Both the position numbers and the translations under genes were made by a program. From Rhodosorus marinus CCMP1338 (taxonomy: Eukaryota; Plantae; Rhodophyta): 64,000 nt of DNA. The notes under the pieces are model-generated. The model saw only the letters and a list, made by a program, of their open reading frames with translations. It was not told the origin of the DNA and ran no database searches. Below are positions 26,985-40,369 of this stretch, piece after piece. The DNA is taken from contig JAMWBK010000006.1 of assembly GCA_029953675.1 (NCBI GenBank), forward strand, positions 1,178,001 to 1,242,000. Direction: 5' to 3'. Each line of letters begins with the position of its first letter. Position 1 is the first letter of the stretch.

Positions 26985-27760
26985 ATGGAATCGAGGGTTG
27001 AATCGTCGAGGAAGGAAGGCCAATGGCTCGCTCGGACGGTCTACGGGAAGCGGCTAAAAGCTGGACGCGAGGCACTGAATTTGGCTCTGGTGGTTGGCAA
27101 TGTGGCCGCGACTATGGCTCTGTCGTTGTACTATCAGACCGTACCGAGACAAGATCTGTTGCTTGTTTTGGTTATCTTCCTGTACCTTTTTGTTTCAAAC
27201 GCGATAATTCCACGGTCACAGCCTGGGAAAACTCTTGTTCCGCTCTCGCTTTCTGCGTGGGTACAGGTGTCCATTTTGATCGCGCTGCTCGCTTGCCTTC
27301 TCCTGCCCTGGCTCGATATATATTTGACTGGAGCAGATCGCGATGTGCTCCAGCTGGTATCCCCATCTGCCTTCTGTTTTTCTAGCCAGGTATGAGAAAG
27401 CGCTCCGAAAAGCCACCAGGACCCCGCCCTCAAATTCCCCTCACAATTGCGATTGAAAGAACCAACAAACTCCACATTGCTTTCCTACAGATACTGGTGG
27501 AGTTCTGGTTCTACAAGGACTCCGCCTCGGTCCTCGTAAGAATTCTCGTCCCTGTGATCTTCAATGCATATCGTATAGCAAAAGCGTATAACTGGTTGGA
27601 GAGAGCGGTCTTCTACGACAACTACCAACTCGCGCTGGCGGCTATTAATTTTCTATTTACCGTTTTCACGCTGTTCTACGTCCTCCTGCTCAGAGTCTTG
27701 CCGATCTACGTCAATCCCATACTCAGGCTGAACCAGGAATCACAACGATCACAAGATTAG
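26985..27760 (+). CDS. Multi-pass membrane protein of unknown function (2 exons, intron ~27390-27490)
   Basis: Two ORFs joined by gtatga..ctacag, with several hydrophobic helices (LLVLVIFLYLFVS, VRILVPVIFNAYR, LAAINFLFTVFTLFYVLL). Confidence 0.7.
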
Positions 27761-28584
27761 GATTTCCAATTGCTTTGTCTCCAAAATGCGGCAGGGCCAA
27801 CAAGGGCACAACGACGTGGGAACAAGGGACTATGACTCCTTGTGAAAAGCTGGAGATCGGATATCTGGAAGAGGGGCTTTGACGATGATATCGGAACATA
27901 CCCACAGAAAGCCAACGTCTCTCGTCACCCTAAGTAATCGTCACGATTGATGGCTGCCTCGAACAATGCACCAAACACAAACGACGTGGATTTTTTTCGT
28001 CGGAGCTCTTTCTGGGGTCTGAAAGGCTAGGGCAGAAGCCCCAGAGAAATTTTGGACGGGGCTACTGAACAAGTCTAACTTGTGGGAGCTCTGCGCTCTC
28101 ATGGCCCAGAGAGCGGAGGGCTCCCCTTGGGCTTGGTGTCGATTGAACGATGAGAGCTCGGCAAGAAGGTCGGGCAAGCGTAGTTGATGCATGTAAGAAA
28201 CGCTGTTCTCGACGCGTTAATAAAGGGAATTCCCGAATACCCAGCAGCAAATAACGAGCGAATAAGAACAACAGGAAATGACATTCTGCCGTTTTGGCCT
28301 ATGTGACTTGAGTTCTGTAGAGCCTCTTCCAAGATGCGAGATTGCGTTGAGAACTCCAAGGATTTGAGAGCCCATGGAGACAGTCGTCGGATCCAACTGT
28401 GTTGGAGTGGTTTGCCAATTGGGTTTCTCTTCAATAGATATTTATTGCGTTCACAAGGGCATGTTTTTGCTTTGTCTGCTATGCTCCTAAGGCTGTCCCA
28501 TGAGTAAGGACGTGGTAATCCTGGCTTCCGAACTATACAATACCATCCTGAAATGACCAAGAGAAAACAAAAGACCCTCCCAAA

Positions 28585-28920
28585 TTAGTCTTTAGCCACA
28601 TCCTTCTCCAATGTATCCCAAGTTTTGGTTCGGTCTTTTTCATCTGGGGTTTTTAATCTACAGTTGAGACGACAGCTTACCGATTCCCATACATCGATGA
28701 GCACATCCACAAGCTGCTCCAGTGGAACTTTCCTCGGAAACGGTCGATAGTGTGGATCCTTCAGCACATCGTACAGCTCCTTCGTTTTCCACTTCCTCGC
28801 CTTCTTCCCACCAGCCTTTCCAGTTTTTTCAGACACAGTTGGAGTATTCCAATCCTTCCTCATGCTCTCAAATTTTTCGCGACCGGAGTTCACACCCGTT
28901 CCATCCGCCGAAAGGTCCAT
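28585..28920 (-). CDS. Small Gag1-like/DUF4050-type protein
   Basis: FESMRKDW..LYDVLK..YRPFPRKVPLEQLVDVLIDVW resembles the DUF4050 C-terminal motif. The 3' end may be spliced. Confidence 0.5.
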   Translation of the reverse strand: MDLSADGTGVNSGREKFESMRKDWNTPTVSEKTGKAGGKKARKWKTKELYDVLKDPHYRPFPRKVPLEQLVDVLIDVWESVSCRLNCRLKTPDEKDRTKTWDTLEKDVAKD

Positions 28921-30375
28921 ATTCTAAACGTTAACAAGGAAACAAAAAAAAACACGAAAACCTACCAATGAGACACCACCAACAAGAAACCTCGCCAACA
29001 CTACCAAACCCCTTTCTTTATCCAAAACTGCATGTTCGAAGAGGAACTCTTTTCCTTCTGATGAATCTTCAATCCATCAAAGCGCCCGAGAAACTTGCCC
29101 AAGACGTCTTAACCTAGTTATCCTTTCACGCCAACAGCTAACCGGGTCCGGTTCAATACTTCATTGAACGGATCTCGCAGGTGGGTATGAGATACCCCTG
29201 CTGTGGCGTTTGGAGGCCTCGCAGTAGGGTTATGGCTGTCCATCTCATCCTAGTCTGACTATGTTAATAACCAGCTCTGTTGATTTTGTGTACATGTACC
29301 TGCTCAGGGTTGTGTTTGCTTCCCTGAATGGAAGGAGCAAGTAATGGTTTCACTCTTCCCTTGCAGGCCTATTGCAGGAAGCTTGCGCGACTGCCCTCCG
29401 ACCAACCCCTCACTCAAGTACATCCACCATGGAGATTTGTGCAAGTAGGAGTGAAACCATCACTTGCTCCTGCCATTCAGGGAAGCAATAAACACAACCA
29501 TGAGCGGGTACATGTACACAAATAGGTACTAGGATCTTATCTATGACTCTACCACATTTCAGAAATTTGCCTGGAGGAACCGCAGAGACGGGAACCTGAT
29601 GTCAGCAAGTGGAAATCAACGAACTCGATTCAACCGGAGCCGGTGACATAGGATTTGAACGTTCAGGCGCCAAAGGCCGTACACCATGTATTCAAGCAAC
29701 CAAAGAGAAGGTTGCCGCATCAAATTCGCACCTGACCGCCAACAGCCAAGATATTTTGCACGAGCTTCTCAGCTGGACTTGTATGTCACCACTAGAGGTC
29801 AGTCATCTAACTTCACTCTCGTGCACGAAGCGCGCGATTGAGGTTGAGGACCCAGACAGGGTCCGGTTGAGGAAAAAAGGACGGCACGATGTTAGAGGCG
29901 TCCTCATGAAGCCTGTGAGCGACATCGTCTACAGATAGGACTTAAACATGTTCTCTTTCTTGGTTTTGTCTTTAGTCTTTCTCCACATGATTATTTTGGC
30001 CCAAGGCGAAACGGCAGAAGAACGGATACCAACGTTGGCCAGGTTGCTCCGTTTTCTGATGATGATGCTTCTGAGCAGGTCGTCGTTGTTGATCTAGAAA
30101 AACAACGACATTTCGGGTCCTGCTCCCAAAAGGAAGGATCAAAAGCCTCCAAGCAGGCCGAGCAGGCTTCGGTCCGACTGTGCATGCTTTATGAACGTCC
30201 GATAACTTCCTGAGAAAGTGTAGCAACACTGGGCTCAAAACCTTCACTCCGCGCGTGCCTAACCCGCTCCAAAAACAGCTGCGCCACTCCTTCGGTTGAT
30301 TCTCAGGGCGGAGATGGCCAAGTACATCTAGATGGTCACTCGTTCTTTCTTGTTCGGAGACGCGCAGTTGTTCAT

Positions 30376-31288
30376 TTACACGTTCAACCGTTTGCCGCTC
30401 TTGCTGAAGTTGGCACTGGTACCTGAGAGAGCTCTTCGCATCAGATAAATCTGGCCCACTGAGATCAACAGGATGGCTAAACATTCACAGAATGTCCAGA
30501 ACTTCACTCGGAAGTTCGTCCTCTTCACCACTGGAGCAGAAAAAGTCACAATTAGCTGCAAAACGTTTTCCGGTTCGGCAGTGAGCGTAGTAAAAAGACA
30601 TTTCGTTGTCGTGCATACCTTCTGAGTGCTTTTCGTACAGCTGACGGTGCCGAGACTGCTGGAACTCGAACATTCCAACTGACTTTGCTAGTCTTTGCGT
30701 CGACTTCGTCAACCGATCGACAGTCTCATCTACAGTGCTCGGACCACTGTCGGACTTGTCCTCTGCGGTATTGAAAGGGTCCTTCCTCAAAATCAGGTCA
30801 ATTCCCACCTTGCTGAACCTGTTCGCGTTATAGGTGAAGCAAATTTTGTATGCTCCATCTCGCCCAGCACGGAAATGAAACTTGCCTTGCTTTTTATCGG
30901 CCTCAGAGAAAATCAGAGCACCTTTCGGATCTGTGACCTGTTATACGCACACAAACATCCGTCCCCAAAACGGATTAGAACACAAAAGCAAACAATGCAA
31001 CTACACTGAATTCGACGAAGAGATCTTCAAACCTACCAGAGCCGTTACCCCTGCAGTGCCCTTTTCAATTGCATACGATAGGCTCATGTCCTCCCCTAGT
31101 CACCAAACAACAGAAGATCGAGTAAGCCAAACAAATTCAGCGCGAATGAAACGGAAGCTATCGACCAACATACTCGCATGTAACTCCTGCGTGAAGCAAT
31201 CCTGCTTCTCTCCATAAAGATCGAACGCAAACCCAGTAACAATCCCTATTAACCAAAACAATCCGACAACCCCCAAAACGACCTTCAT
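30376..31288 (-). CDS. emp24/gp25L/p24 (GOLD) cargo receptor, multi-exon
   Basis: Signal peptide, FAFDLYGEKQDCFTQEL, coiled coil TVDRLTKSTQRLAKSV..QQSRHR, and a C-terminal TM WTFCECLAILLISVGQIYLMRR. Confidence 0.8.
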
Positions 31289-32719
31289 TACGCAGTTGGA
31301 AACAGCTTTCCAGCGGCCTTTTGTTTTTCCAAAAGCTCGTTTGTGAAAAGATATCAACTAGGCGCGACTCTTTCGTTGCCCTTTCCAAGCCTGTAGATTA
31401 ACACTAACCATATAAAAATCGAAAATCTCAAAACAAAACTTCTCCAACTCCCATAAGAGGAGACGAAGATGATCTCCAAGGCCAACCTTCTCCACCAAAA
31501 ACAAAAATACAAAGCAATATCGTATGGCAGAGACCACAGCACGCTTTCTTTTTTCCGAGTCCGTCCCCTTCTCCGCCTCTCTGATCGGACATCAATCACC
31601 TTCAACCGGTGATATCAATCCCGACGAACAGAAAGGCTAACCAGCACAGTTCTGAAAGGCTCAAAAGTTCTCAGGGTGATCAAACGCCCAACCCGAGTTT
31701 CGGTGTACATGAGGATGTGGACCTATTCATCTGTTTCTCTCAATCCGGACGAAGAAGACTACTGAGGATACCCGTCTACAAACCTCAAGTCTTCATCGAT
31801 ATCATAACCCCAACAAACCCCGGGCCTTTCTGGGTAGGATGATGGGCGCTCTTGTTTGGTGATGAAAGTTGGTGGCCTAACGCCAGGACCGAAGAAGTAC
31901 ACAAACCTCGAATCTTCAGGGTGATTCGACAACCAGCCAGCGTTTATGGGTCGATGAGGACATAGAACTCGCTCGTTGGTGTCGGAGAATCCGTGAACAA
32001 AAAAATGGGTCTTTTGCTGAGATCAAGATCCGATTAGGTTCTTGGTGCAGTACAGGAAGCTTCTTTCACGGCAGCTGGCATAGACGCGATAAGCTGCAGA
32101 GGGTACATTGCATTCGAATCTCTGGTCTCATCTCGCCAAAACCGGTCCAGACCAAACTTTAGAAGACGCCTTGGGCCTCAAGTTTTTAGTAGGGAAGTGA
32201 GGTCCCACTCTGCTAACCTTTTGACCTTACCGTCTTGCTAGCTTTATTGGAGCTGCTATTTCCCTTTGGGTGTCGTTATGTTTGGACACTTCCAGGGTGG
32301 TATTGAGCACTGCGTGAAAACCTTCCGTAGAAGTCGGTTGGTACGATGAACCCAGCTCTCTGTTTCTGGGCAGCAACGTTTGTCAGACAGTACTTTCGAA
32401 TTTATGCCAGGCGTTCATCCGAAGCTTCTGGGCTCTATCTAGAGTCCTCCGTGGCGGAAACCACTCCATGCTAACGCCAAGGGTATCCTTACCCGAGCAG
32501 TCAACGAGGATGAAATTTACTTGTGAGATCCTCAGCCGAGTCCACCCGGCAACCATGCTACAAACACCGGGTCCCTGCTAGACTTTCTAAAGTCAGCCCG
32601 GAACGCTGACACCAAGCTTGAGGGTACGAGCGATAAGCAGAAACCTTTGGCTCTCATGAAGGTGCTCCACTAAAAATTCTGTCTCAGCAAGATGACTGCA
32701 ATGAACGACGCAATGAACG

Positions 32720-33244
32720 AACGGAAAGTGAGCTGAGCACGTCGCGCGGTTGGTGTACCTCACAACCGTCCCAGCACTGCGCGGGCTTTAAGAACAGACG
32801 TCTACAGCTCTGTGGCTTTCTTTTGAATATAGTTTTCTTGTACTCCCGAAAGTGGGTTATCCTGGAAGGAGATCAGCGAGGTCCAAGACCATCCGCGTTC
32901 ACCTTGCTGAAGGCCCGCGCTCGCGCTGAACGTTGCCGGGACACGTTATCAAGCTGGTTTTAAGGTCTTTCTCTCCACAGTCGGAGGCTAAGATCTTGCG
33001 AGAGACGTTGTGAACTACCGCTCTCGCCGATGTTCGAACTGGTAATATGTGCTAAACCAGGCCGCACATCACGATTTATTCCGGATGTATTCAGGTATCG
33101 TTCAGTATGTCGATGGCCTCGCGCTAGTCTCCAACGCAACCACGCGTGACCTTCGCCATACCAGGTCCGTCAGGATCTAAGCAACGGAAAGTGAGCTGAG
33201 CACGTCGCGCGGTTGGTGTACCTGACAACCGTCCCAGCACTGCG
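32720..33244. repeat. 62-bp direct repeat pair (32720-32781 and 33183-33244)
   Basis: aacggaaagtgagctgagcacgtcgcgcggttggtgtacct(c/g)acaaccgtcccagcactgcg, with one mismatch between copies. Confidence 0.9.
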
Positions 33245-34954
33245 TGCGGCCAAAAGTCGCAGCCCCCCTCCGGTTAAGCCTTGTTCTCGAAGACGGCCAT
33301 AGGATGCTTCAATAAACGAGAACGTCCTGCCGGGGCATGAAAAATTCTGTACTTCTGACGCAACTAGCAGGTCTCCGAAGTACAGGGGCACCAGATGGTT
33401 GGCGTCCCACTCAACAAAAAAAGTGTCCCAAAAACAAAAATCCTGGCATGCCAGTGAACAACGGGACAAAGATTCAAAAATACGATTGACTGATATCAAT
33501 CTGGATACAAAAATGATTGAATTATTAAAATTGAAAATTTTAGCATCGATGGATGACGGAGCTGGAACAGGCGCTGTTCGGAAAAAGTTGGGGAGGGGTG
33601 AGAAAAAATGCAGGGAGAAGGACTAGCCGATTTTATTTCTAAATTAAATATAATTTGACTATCTCCCGGCGCAAGACAGTGGTTGGCTTACCCTCCGGCC
33701 GCCTGTTGCGATCAGTTGGTCCGCACCGCTCTGCCATCTAGAAACGTCCCAAACCTAAAAAATCCGCAGACAATAACGCGTGTCAAAGCTGAATTGGAGA
33801 AAATGAACCTCACAAGGTATATGATTGGTTATTTCTCCACAGCCGCCTGCCTGGCCAGTGGAGACTTTCTTCCCGGAAATATCCGTCCCCAAGCGCCCCA
33901 TCGCATCTTCGAAATCCCATACTTGTTTAAAAGAAATAATTCAACTGTTCTTGTAGCGTATAAATGCAACCATACTTTTATTTGAACTCCGCTGTATCGT
34001 AATAATCAGCGGCGCCTTCCCAGAGGGAAAAAATGGCTGGATACACATTAGAAGAGATATAATTTCCGTTTTTCGGGGGGGAACAACAAGCATGCAGAGA
34101 AATTTTGGATATACAAATAATTGTCCACAGAAAATAAGTATATTCCGGAAGAAATTAGCCCTAAAATGTATCCATTGGGATGACCCTATATTGACGGAGG
34201 GGGAGGGGGAGGGGGGTGGGTGGGTGAACCGGCGATGGATCAATTATAGGAATCTTCTCTGAATTTAAGCGATTCCATATTTTCTCGGATTTCGAAGGGG
34301 GAAATTCTATCCGAAGAAGTTGCAAAAACTCGAATCGAATCGTTTCCGTTTAGAGCGAGAGGGGGGCGAAATGAATTGGGTGAACAAGAATGGACGTGAC
34401 CTGTAAATTTCTTTTTGTTTGATTAAAAAAAAGGTTGTTGGTCTGTGGAAAGACGAATTTTCGGACGCCGTTGGGCGATGGATATCGTTTCTTCGTTTTC
34501 TTCGAGACGGATGGAGAAAGCGGAAGCAAACTTAACTCTCTCCACCCCCCTCCAGCTTCCTCAATTTATGAAAGTAATTGAATAGAGGAATTATTGTCAA
34601 GGATATTGGTTCCATTATGCCACGCGCTTAGCAGGGGATCATTTGATTGCAAACGGAAATAGATCTTTCTAGGAGCCTCTGATTTCTTGGAATTTTTTCG
34701 TTGGAGGGGAGGGGGTGGGGGTGGGGTGAAAAGGCTGGGAAAACGCGGTAAGCTGGCCGCTGTTGTCGTCTGTCATTCACCGTTTCCTGTCTTTCCCTGA
34801 GCACTGGAGACCAGTAATTAAAAGAGCATTTAGGAAGGCGGGCTTCGCTCGTCGCGCATTTGGGCAAGCCGGCCAGCGAAGGGTTAGTTTGGGGAGTTGG
34901 GTCTGAGAGGGAGAGGAACTTTGATTTTTTTTTGTTAGATTTGTCGTAGGAATC

Positions 34955-36943
34955 ATGGCTAAAGCAGCTGACGGACCAGCGATTGGTATTGATCTGGGTA
35001 CGACGTACTCGTGCGTCGGAATCTGGCAGCATGATCGTGTGGAGATCATCGCGAACGATCAGGGAAACAGGACTACTCCGTCCTACGTTGGATTCACTGA
35101 TACCGAGCGTCTGATCGGAGATGCCGCCAAGAATCAGGTCGCGATGAACCCGTACAACACAGTTTTCGATGCCAAGCGTTTGATTGGACGTCGTTTTTCT
35201 GATCCGTCAGTTCAGTCTGACATGAAGCATTTCCCGTTCACGGTTGAGCCCAAGGATGGAGACAAACCAGTCATTGGAGTGGAATACAAGGGAGAGAAAA
35301 AGAACTTCACCCCGGAGGAGATCTCGTCCATGGTTCTGGTCAAGATGAAGGAGATTGCTGAGGGCTACCTGGGCAAGGAAGTGAAGAACGCTGTTGTAAC
35401 TGTACCTGCTTATTTCAACGATTCTCAGCGGCTGGCCACAAAGGACGCCGGAACCATCGCTGGAATGAACGTGATGAGAATTATCAACGAGCCCACTGCC
35501 GCCGCCATTGCGTACGGTCTGGACAGGAAGAACGACAAGGGCAAGGCCGAGAGGAACGTCCTCATTTTCGATCTTGGAGGAGGCACGTTCGATGTGTCGC
35601 TTCTGACTATCGAGGACGGAATCTTCGAAGTACGTGCCACTGCCGGAGATACCCATCTCGGAGGAGAGGATTTTGATAACAGGATGGTCAACTACTTCGT
35701 GACTGAGTTCAAGAGAAAGAACAAGAAGGACATCACCGGAAACGCCCGTTCTCTGCGCCGACTTAGGACCGCGTGCGAGAGGGCGAAGAGAACCCTCTCT
35801 TCGACCACTCAGACGACAATCGAGATCGATTCGCTTTATGAGGGTATTGACTTCTACTCGTCGCTTACCAGGGCCAAGTTCGAGGAACTGTGTATGAACT
35901 TGTTCAAGGGCACGCTCGAGCCGGTCGAGAAGGTACTGAAGGATTCCAAGATCCCCAAGGCTCAGGTTGATGACATTGTGCTTGTCGGAGGATCCACCAG
36001 AATCCCGAAGGTGCAGTCGCTCTTGGTTGACTTTTTCAACGGCAAGGAGCTCTGCAAGAACATCAACCCCGATGAGGCCGTCGCGTATGGTGCTGCGGTT
36101 CAGGCTGCTATCCTCTCCGGTGATACGTCGGAAAAGACGCAGGATCTGCTTCTGCTGGATGTTACTCCGTTGTCGCTTGGTCTTGAGACCGCTGGAGGTG
36201 TCATGACTATCCTCATCAAGAGAAACACGACCATCCCAACAAAGAAGCAGCAGATTTTCTCCACGTATGCGGATAACCAGCCTGGAGTTCTTATCCAGGT
36301 GTTCGAGGGAGAGCGTACGCGCACAAAGGACAACAACTTGCTTGGCAAGTTCGAGCTGACTGGAATCCCGCCCGCCCCGCGCGGTGTTCCCCAGATTGAG
36401 GTTACTTTCGACATCGACGCCAACGGTATTCTCAACGTGTCCGCTGAAGACAAGAGCACTGGCAACAAGAACAAGATCACCATCACCAACGACAAAGGAC
36501 GCCTCACAAAGGACCAGATTGAGAAGATGGTTCAGGATGCTGAGAAGTTCAAGTCCGAGGATGAGAAGGCCAGAGAGAGAATTGAGGCGAAGAATGCGCT
36601 CGAGAACTACGCCTACAACATCCGCAACACCATCCGTGAGGACAAGGTGAAGGAGAAGCTTTCCGAAGACGATATCAAGAGCTTGGGAGACAAGATCGAT
36701 GAGGTCCTCAAGTGGATGGAAGAGCATGAGGATGCTGAGAAGGAAGAATATGAGGAGAGGCAGAAGGAAATTGAGAACATTGCCAACCCGATTATCTCCA
36801 AGATGTACGCCGGAGCCGAGGGTGGTGCCATGCCTGAGGGCATGGGAGGCATGCCGGGCGGGATGCCTGGAGGCATGGGTGGTGAACCTGGTGGTGACAC
36901 TGGAGGATCCGGCCAAGGACCAAGGATCGAGGAGGTGGACTAA
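34955..36943 (+). CDS. HSP70: Cytosolic heat shock protein 70 (intronless)
   Basis: [27 protein letters not shown] and [14 protein letters not shown], ending GPRIEEVD (cytosolic EEVD). Confidence 0.99.
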   Translation: MAKAADGPAIGIDLGTTYSCVGIWQHDRVEIIANDQGNRTTPSYVGFTDTERLIGDAAKNQVAMNPYNTVFDAKRLIGRRFSDPSVQSDMKHFPFTVEPKDGDKPVIGVEYKGEKKNFTPEEISSMVLVKMKEIAEGYLGKEVKNAVVTVPAYFNDSQRLATKDAGTIAGMNVMRIINEPTAAAIAYGLDRKNDKGKAERNVLIFDLGGGTFDVSLLTIEDGIFEVRATAGDTHLGGEDFDNRMVNYFVTEFKRKNKKDITGNARSLRRLRTACERAKRTLSSTTQTTIEIDSLYEGIDFYSSLTRAKFEELCMNLFKGTLEPVEKVLKDSKIPKAQVDDIVLVGGSTRIPKVQSLLVDFFNGKELCKNINPDEAVAYGAAVQAAILSGDTSEKTQDLLLLDVTPLSLGLETAGGVMTILIKRNTTIPTKKQQIFSTYADNQPGVLIQVFEGERTRTKDNNLLGKFELTGIPPAPRGVPQIEVTFDIDANGILNVSAEDKSTGNKNKITITNDKGRLTKDQIEKMVQDAEKFKSEDEKARERIEAKNALENYAYNIRNTIREDKVKEKLSEDDIKSLGDKIDEVLKWMEEHEDAEKEEYEERQKEIENIANPIISKMYAGAEGGAMPEGMGGMPGGMPGGMGGEPGGDTGGSGQGPRIEEVD

Positions 36944-37573
36944 AACGCATAAAAGCGACTTAAATTTTTCCAAAGGGAGTTGAGCGGTGTGGTCTACTAC
37001 CGAACCGCGATAGGTCCTCTGTAAAGAGCTTGAGCTCTGCTTGTTTCGAGTTTGAAAATGTTTTTTTTACCATAAAGAGAGAAGATTCAAGGCTGCTTGC
37101 AATTGATACTGTGGTTCTACGTTCATACTGGACCAACCAAAGGCCCGGAAACGGTGTAACGTCGAAGATAGTATTCGGCCCCAGGCCCCTACCAAAATCG
37201 AAACTCCGATCTATTACCCCCCCCCCCCACCGTTCCCCCGCCTTCGCCTTCAGAATTTCTCATCCAAGGACCTACACGTCAAATAATCAATTACCACCGT
37301 CGCTTATAGCTTCTGCAACTTCTCTCCTATTGTCCCATTCCTAGTCACGAAAGCTACTCGCACAGACGCTCCAGTGCGCAGGCCTCACGCACGTTGTCAC
37401 TTTCTCCCTCCGGAAGGAGCTGACGCCCAGCCCACGGCGATGCTGTTGCGGCCCTTGCCATAACATGGATTTCGATAGATGCATTAAGGAATGCAGATTT
37501 TAGGGGATTTGGGAGTTTCATAGGTCTTGGGAGAGTTGGTTTCTTTCACCTTAGTGTTCCGGTCTGATCTTGG

Positions 37574-39643
37574 ATGGCATATGTGAGTGTGTTTCCTGTC
37601 TCTAGGAAACGGACTGAGATTGGCTTGGGGAATCGACGTGCAAGCGAGTGGTCGTGTAGGAGCAGGAGAGCCGCGGTGGTGATGGGGATGGAAGTGGATG
37701 AGCTGGCAGTCCAGCTATTTGACGTAGGCGCGATCAAGTTCGGCGAGTTCACGTTGAAATCGGGAATCGTCTCCCCAATATACGTGGACCTGAGAGTTAC
37801 CGTCTCCTACCCAAAGCTCCTGGAGACCATTGCCGATGCCCTCACAGACGTATCGGCCAACACCAAATATGATCTGTTGTGTGGAGTTCCCTATACTGCA
37901 CTTCCTTTCGCGACGGCAATGTCCATCAAAAATAACGTAAGTTCAAAAACCTGGCATCTAGTAGAGATCTCCCTACTAGGTTGCCAGCATTCAGGCTGGA
38001 ACAACATCTGAAGTAGTTACCTGACCGATCCAAACCTTGATACAACGAACAGACACCGATGCTGATGAGACGAAAGGAAGCGAAGAAGTATGGAACAAAG
38101 AAGATCATTGAAGGAAGCTACGAGGAAGGGGCCAAGTGTTTGGTAGTGGAGGATCTTGTGACGTCTGGTCTGAGTGTTCTGGAGACTGTTGATCCACTGG
38201 TTGATGCGGGTGAGAACCTTTCAGATGATCCGACTCTGAGATTGGGTGTTGCCTACATGGACTCTGAACGTTCGTCCCGGTCTGACTTCTGTTTGGTTTG
38301 GATTAGGTCTGGTGGTGAGTGATGTTGTTGTTTTACTCGATCGTCAGCAGGGAGCGAAGGGAAACTTGAAGGAGAACGCGCTAGAATTACATTCCGTGAT
38401 GACCATAGCCCAGCTCTTGGACGCTCTCATGTCCAAATCCAGGATAACAGAAAAGCAAGCTTCTGATGTCCGGGAATTCATCGCTTCTACTCAAGTACGC
38501 TCGCACGTACGCATATTTTCAGCGCGATTTCAGCTGGATCGGTTTGACAAGATCCTGCCTCCTGGTTTTCGGATTTCATTAGGTTAAAATGCCGGAACAG
38601 AAGGACGACAAAGAGTCTAGTAGAAAAACGTACAGAAAGAGGACCGATGACGTTGCAAACCCGATTGGAAAGCGCCTGCTTCAAATTATGGAGGAGAAGG
38701 CATCCAACCTGTGTGTTGCAGCGGATGTCTCCACCAAGAGTGCTCTCCTTGCTCTCGCCGAGGAGGTAAATGTCTCGCCAGAGTCTCAGCGACGAGGACC
38801 GCGTTTCTTCTTACGGCTCATGCTTGTCGGTTCTATGAAAACAGGTCGGCCCAGAGATCTGCATCCTGAAGACCCACGCAGATATTATCAGCGACTGGGA
38901 CACTAGCACCGGTGCTGAGCTCGGCGAAATTGCGGACAAGCACAATTTCCTTCTCTTCGAAGATCGAAAGTTTGCGGACATCGGAAACACAGTGGTAGGA
39001 CAATGTGCTGGCGGCGTACATCGGATCGCCGAATGGGCGCATATAGTCAACGCGCATTCTGTGGCTGGCCCCGGGATCATCCAAGGTCTTTTGAAGGCCG
39101 CCGAGCAAGCAGGTAGGACCACAAGCAAACGCAACAGCGCCTTGCTGTTCTAACTCCACTAGTGTCTCAAGCGCAGCGGGTTTTGCCTGGTTCCAGGTCG
39201 GGAGCTTGGGATTCTTTTGCTTGCGGAAATGAGCTCTGAGGGAAACTTAGCAATGGCGTGTCCAGATTACATGCCAAAGACAGTCGACATGGCGAAGTCC
39301 AATTCTTCCGCGGTCTTAGGTTTCATTTCTCAGAACAAGGTTGCTGGGGATGAATTTCTCTACCTCACTCCTGGGGTCCAGCTGGCAGCGGGGGGCGATG
39401 CTCTTGGTCAACAGTACAACACTCCTCACAAGGTTTGGGTTCACAGTCAAACTTAGTTTGTTCCTTTCATAGTCGGTATTACTTCGGACTGAGTTTTCCT
39501 GCACCCTACGATAGGTTCTCGTTGAAAAGCAATGCGACGTTGTCATTGTGGGGAGAGGTGTATACAAGGCTGATGATCCAAAGGCTGCTGCTCAAGAGTA
39601 CCGAAGGGCGGCATGGGACGCATACACAAGCACGATTCAGTAA
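37574..39643 (+). CDS. UMPS: Bifunctional UMP synthase (OPRT-ODCase), multi-exon, with a possible N-terminal extension
   Basis: [93 protein letters not shown] and IVGRGVY. Confidence 0.95.
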
Positions 39644-39955
39644 CAGGACCTCAGCCTCATGATCTTGGCCCTCGGGGAGACGCCTGATTGTTTGTGCGTT
39701 ATCGGGACACTGGGTGCATGACTTAAGATAAGGCTGCACTGGTGGCATTGAACAGACTCTCCGCTGAGTGGTTTCCCAGGTTGTATTAAAGAAATGTTTA
39801 ATCCGCGTTATGAAGCTACTTGCATCCTCCCGTTTTGGTACACGAAACACGAAACAACGGGGATTCACTCCGACAGCGATAGACTCACAAGTATGGGTCA
39901 AAATTTAACTGCAATGTACACGCTTTCGCTAGGGCGTCAACGTTACAACTTCCTA

Positions 39956-40369
39956 TCAGTTCTGCAGGTGCTCTTCAAGCTGTTTCGCCAGTTCGCCCTT
40001 CTTCAGCAATCCAGTGACATGCATTTTATCCTTGCCGTTGTGAAACAGCACGAGGTGGGGAAGGGCGCTGATATTGAACATCTTCACGTACTCAGTTTCC
40101 TCGTCAATATTCACTTTGTATACTTCCAGAGAGTCTTTGTACTCCCTACCCGCCCAATCCACCAGCGGGGATAACAATTTGCACGGCCCGCACCACGTCG
40201 CATAAAAATCGACCAGGACGGGCTTCTCCGCCTTCAACACCGACTCCTCAAAATCCGCGTCTTTGAGACTCCTTACAGCCTCCACAACCGTAAATCTAGC
40301 CCTCCTTTCACGCTTCGCAACACCTCCTCGCCGACTCTCAAACCCAACGCCATTGACAAACGAATACAT
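39956..40369 (-). CDS. Plastid thioredoxin (x-type-like), paralog A
   Basis: Transit peptide MYSFVNG.., VLVDFYATWCGPCKLLSPLVDWAGREY and ALPHLVLF. The W-A-x-x-EY segment is characteristic of Trx-x. Confidence 0.9.
   Translation of the reverse strand: MYSFVNGVGFESRRGGVAKRERRARFTVVEAVRSLKDADFEESVLKAEKPVLVDFYATWCGPCKLLSPLVDWAGREYKDSLEVYKVNIDEETEYVKMFNISALPHLVLFHNGKDKMHVTGLLKKGELAKQLEEHLQN

Noticed and set aside
34240-34700. Heat-shock elements upstream of HSP70
   Set aside because: Only isolated GAAnnTTC units were found (e.g. GAAtcTTC near 34251), with no clean three-unit array.
35207-36973. 588-aa antisense ORF overlapping HSP70
   Set aside because: Long antisense ORFs opposite HSP70 genes are a known by-product of codon bias and conservation. 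There is no independent evidence that it is coding.
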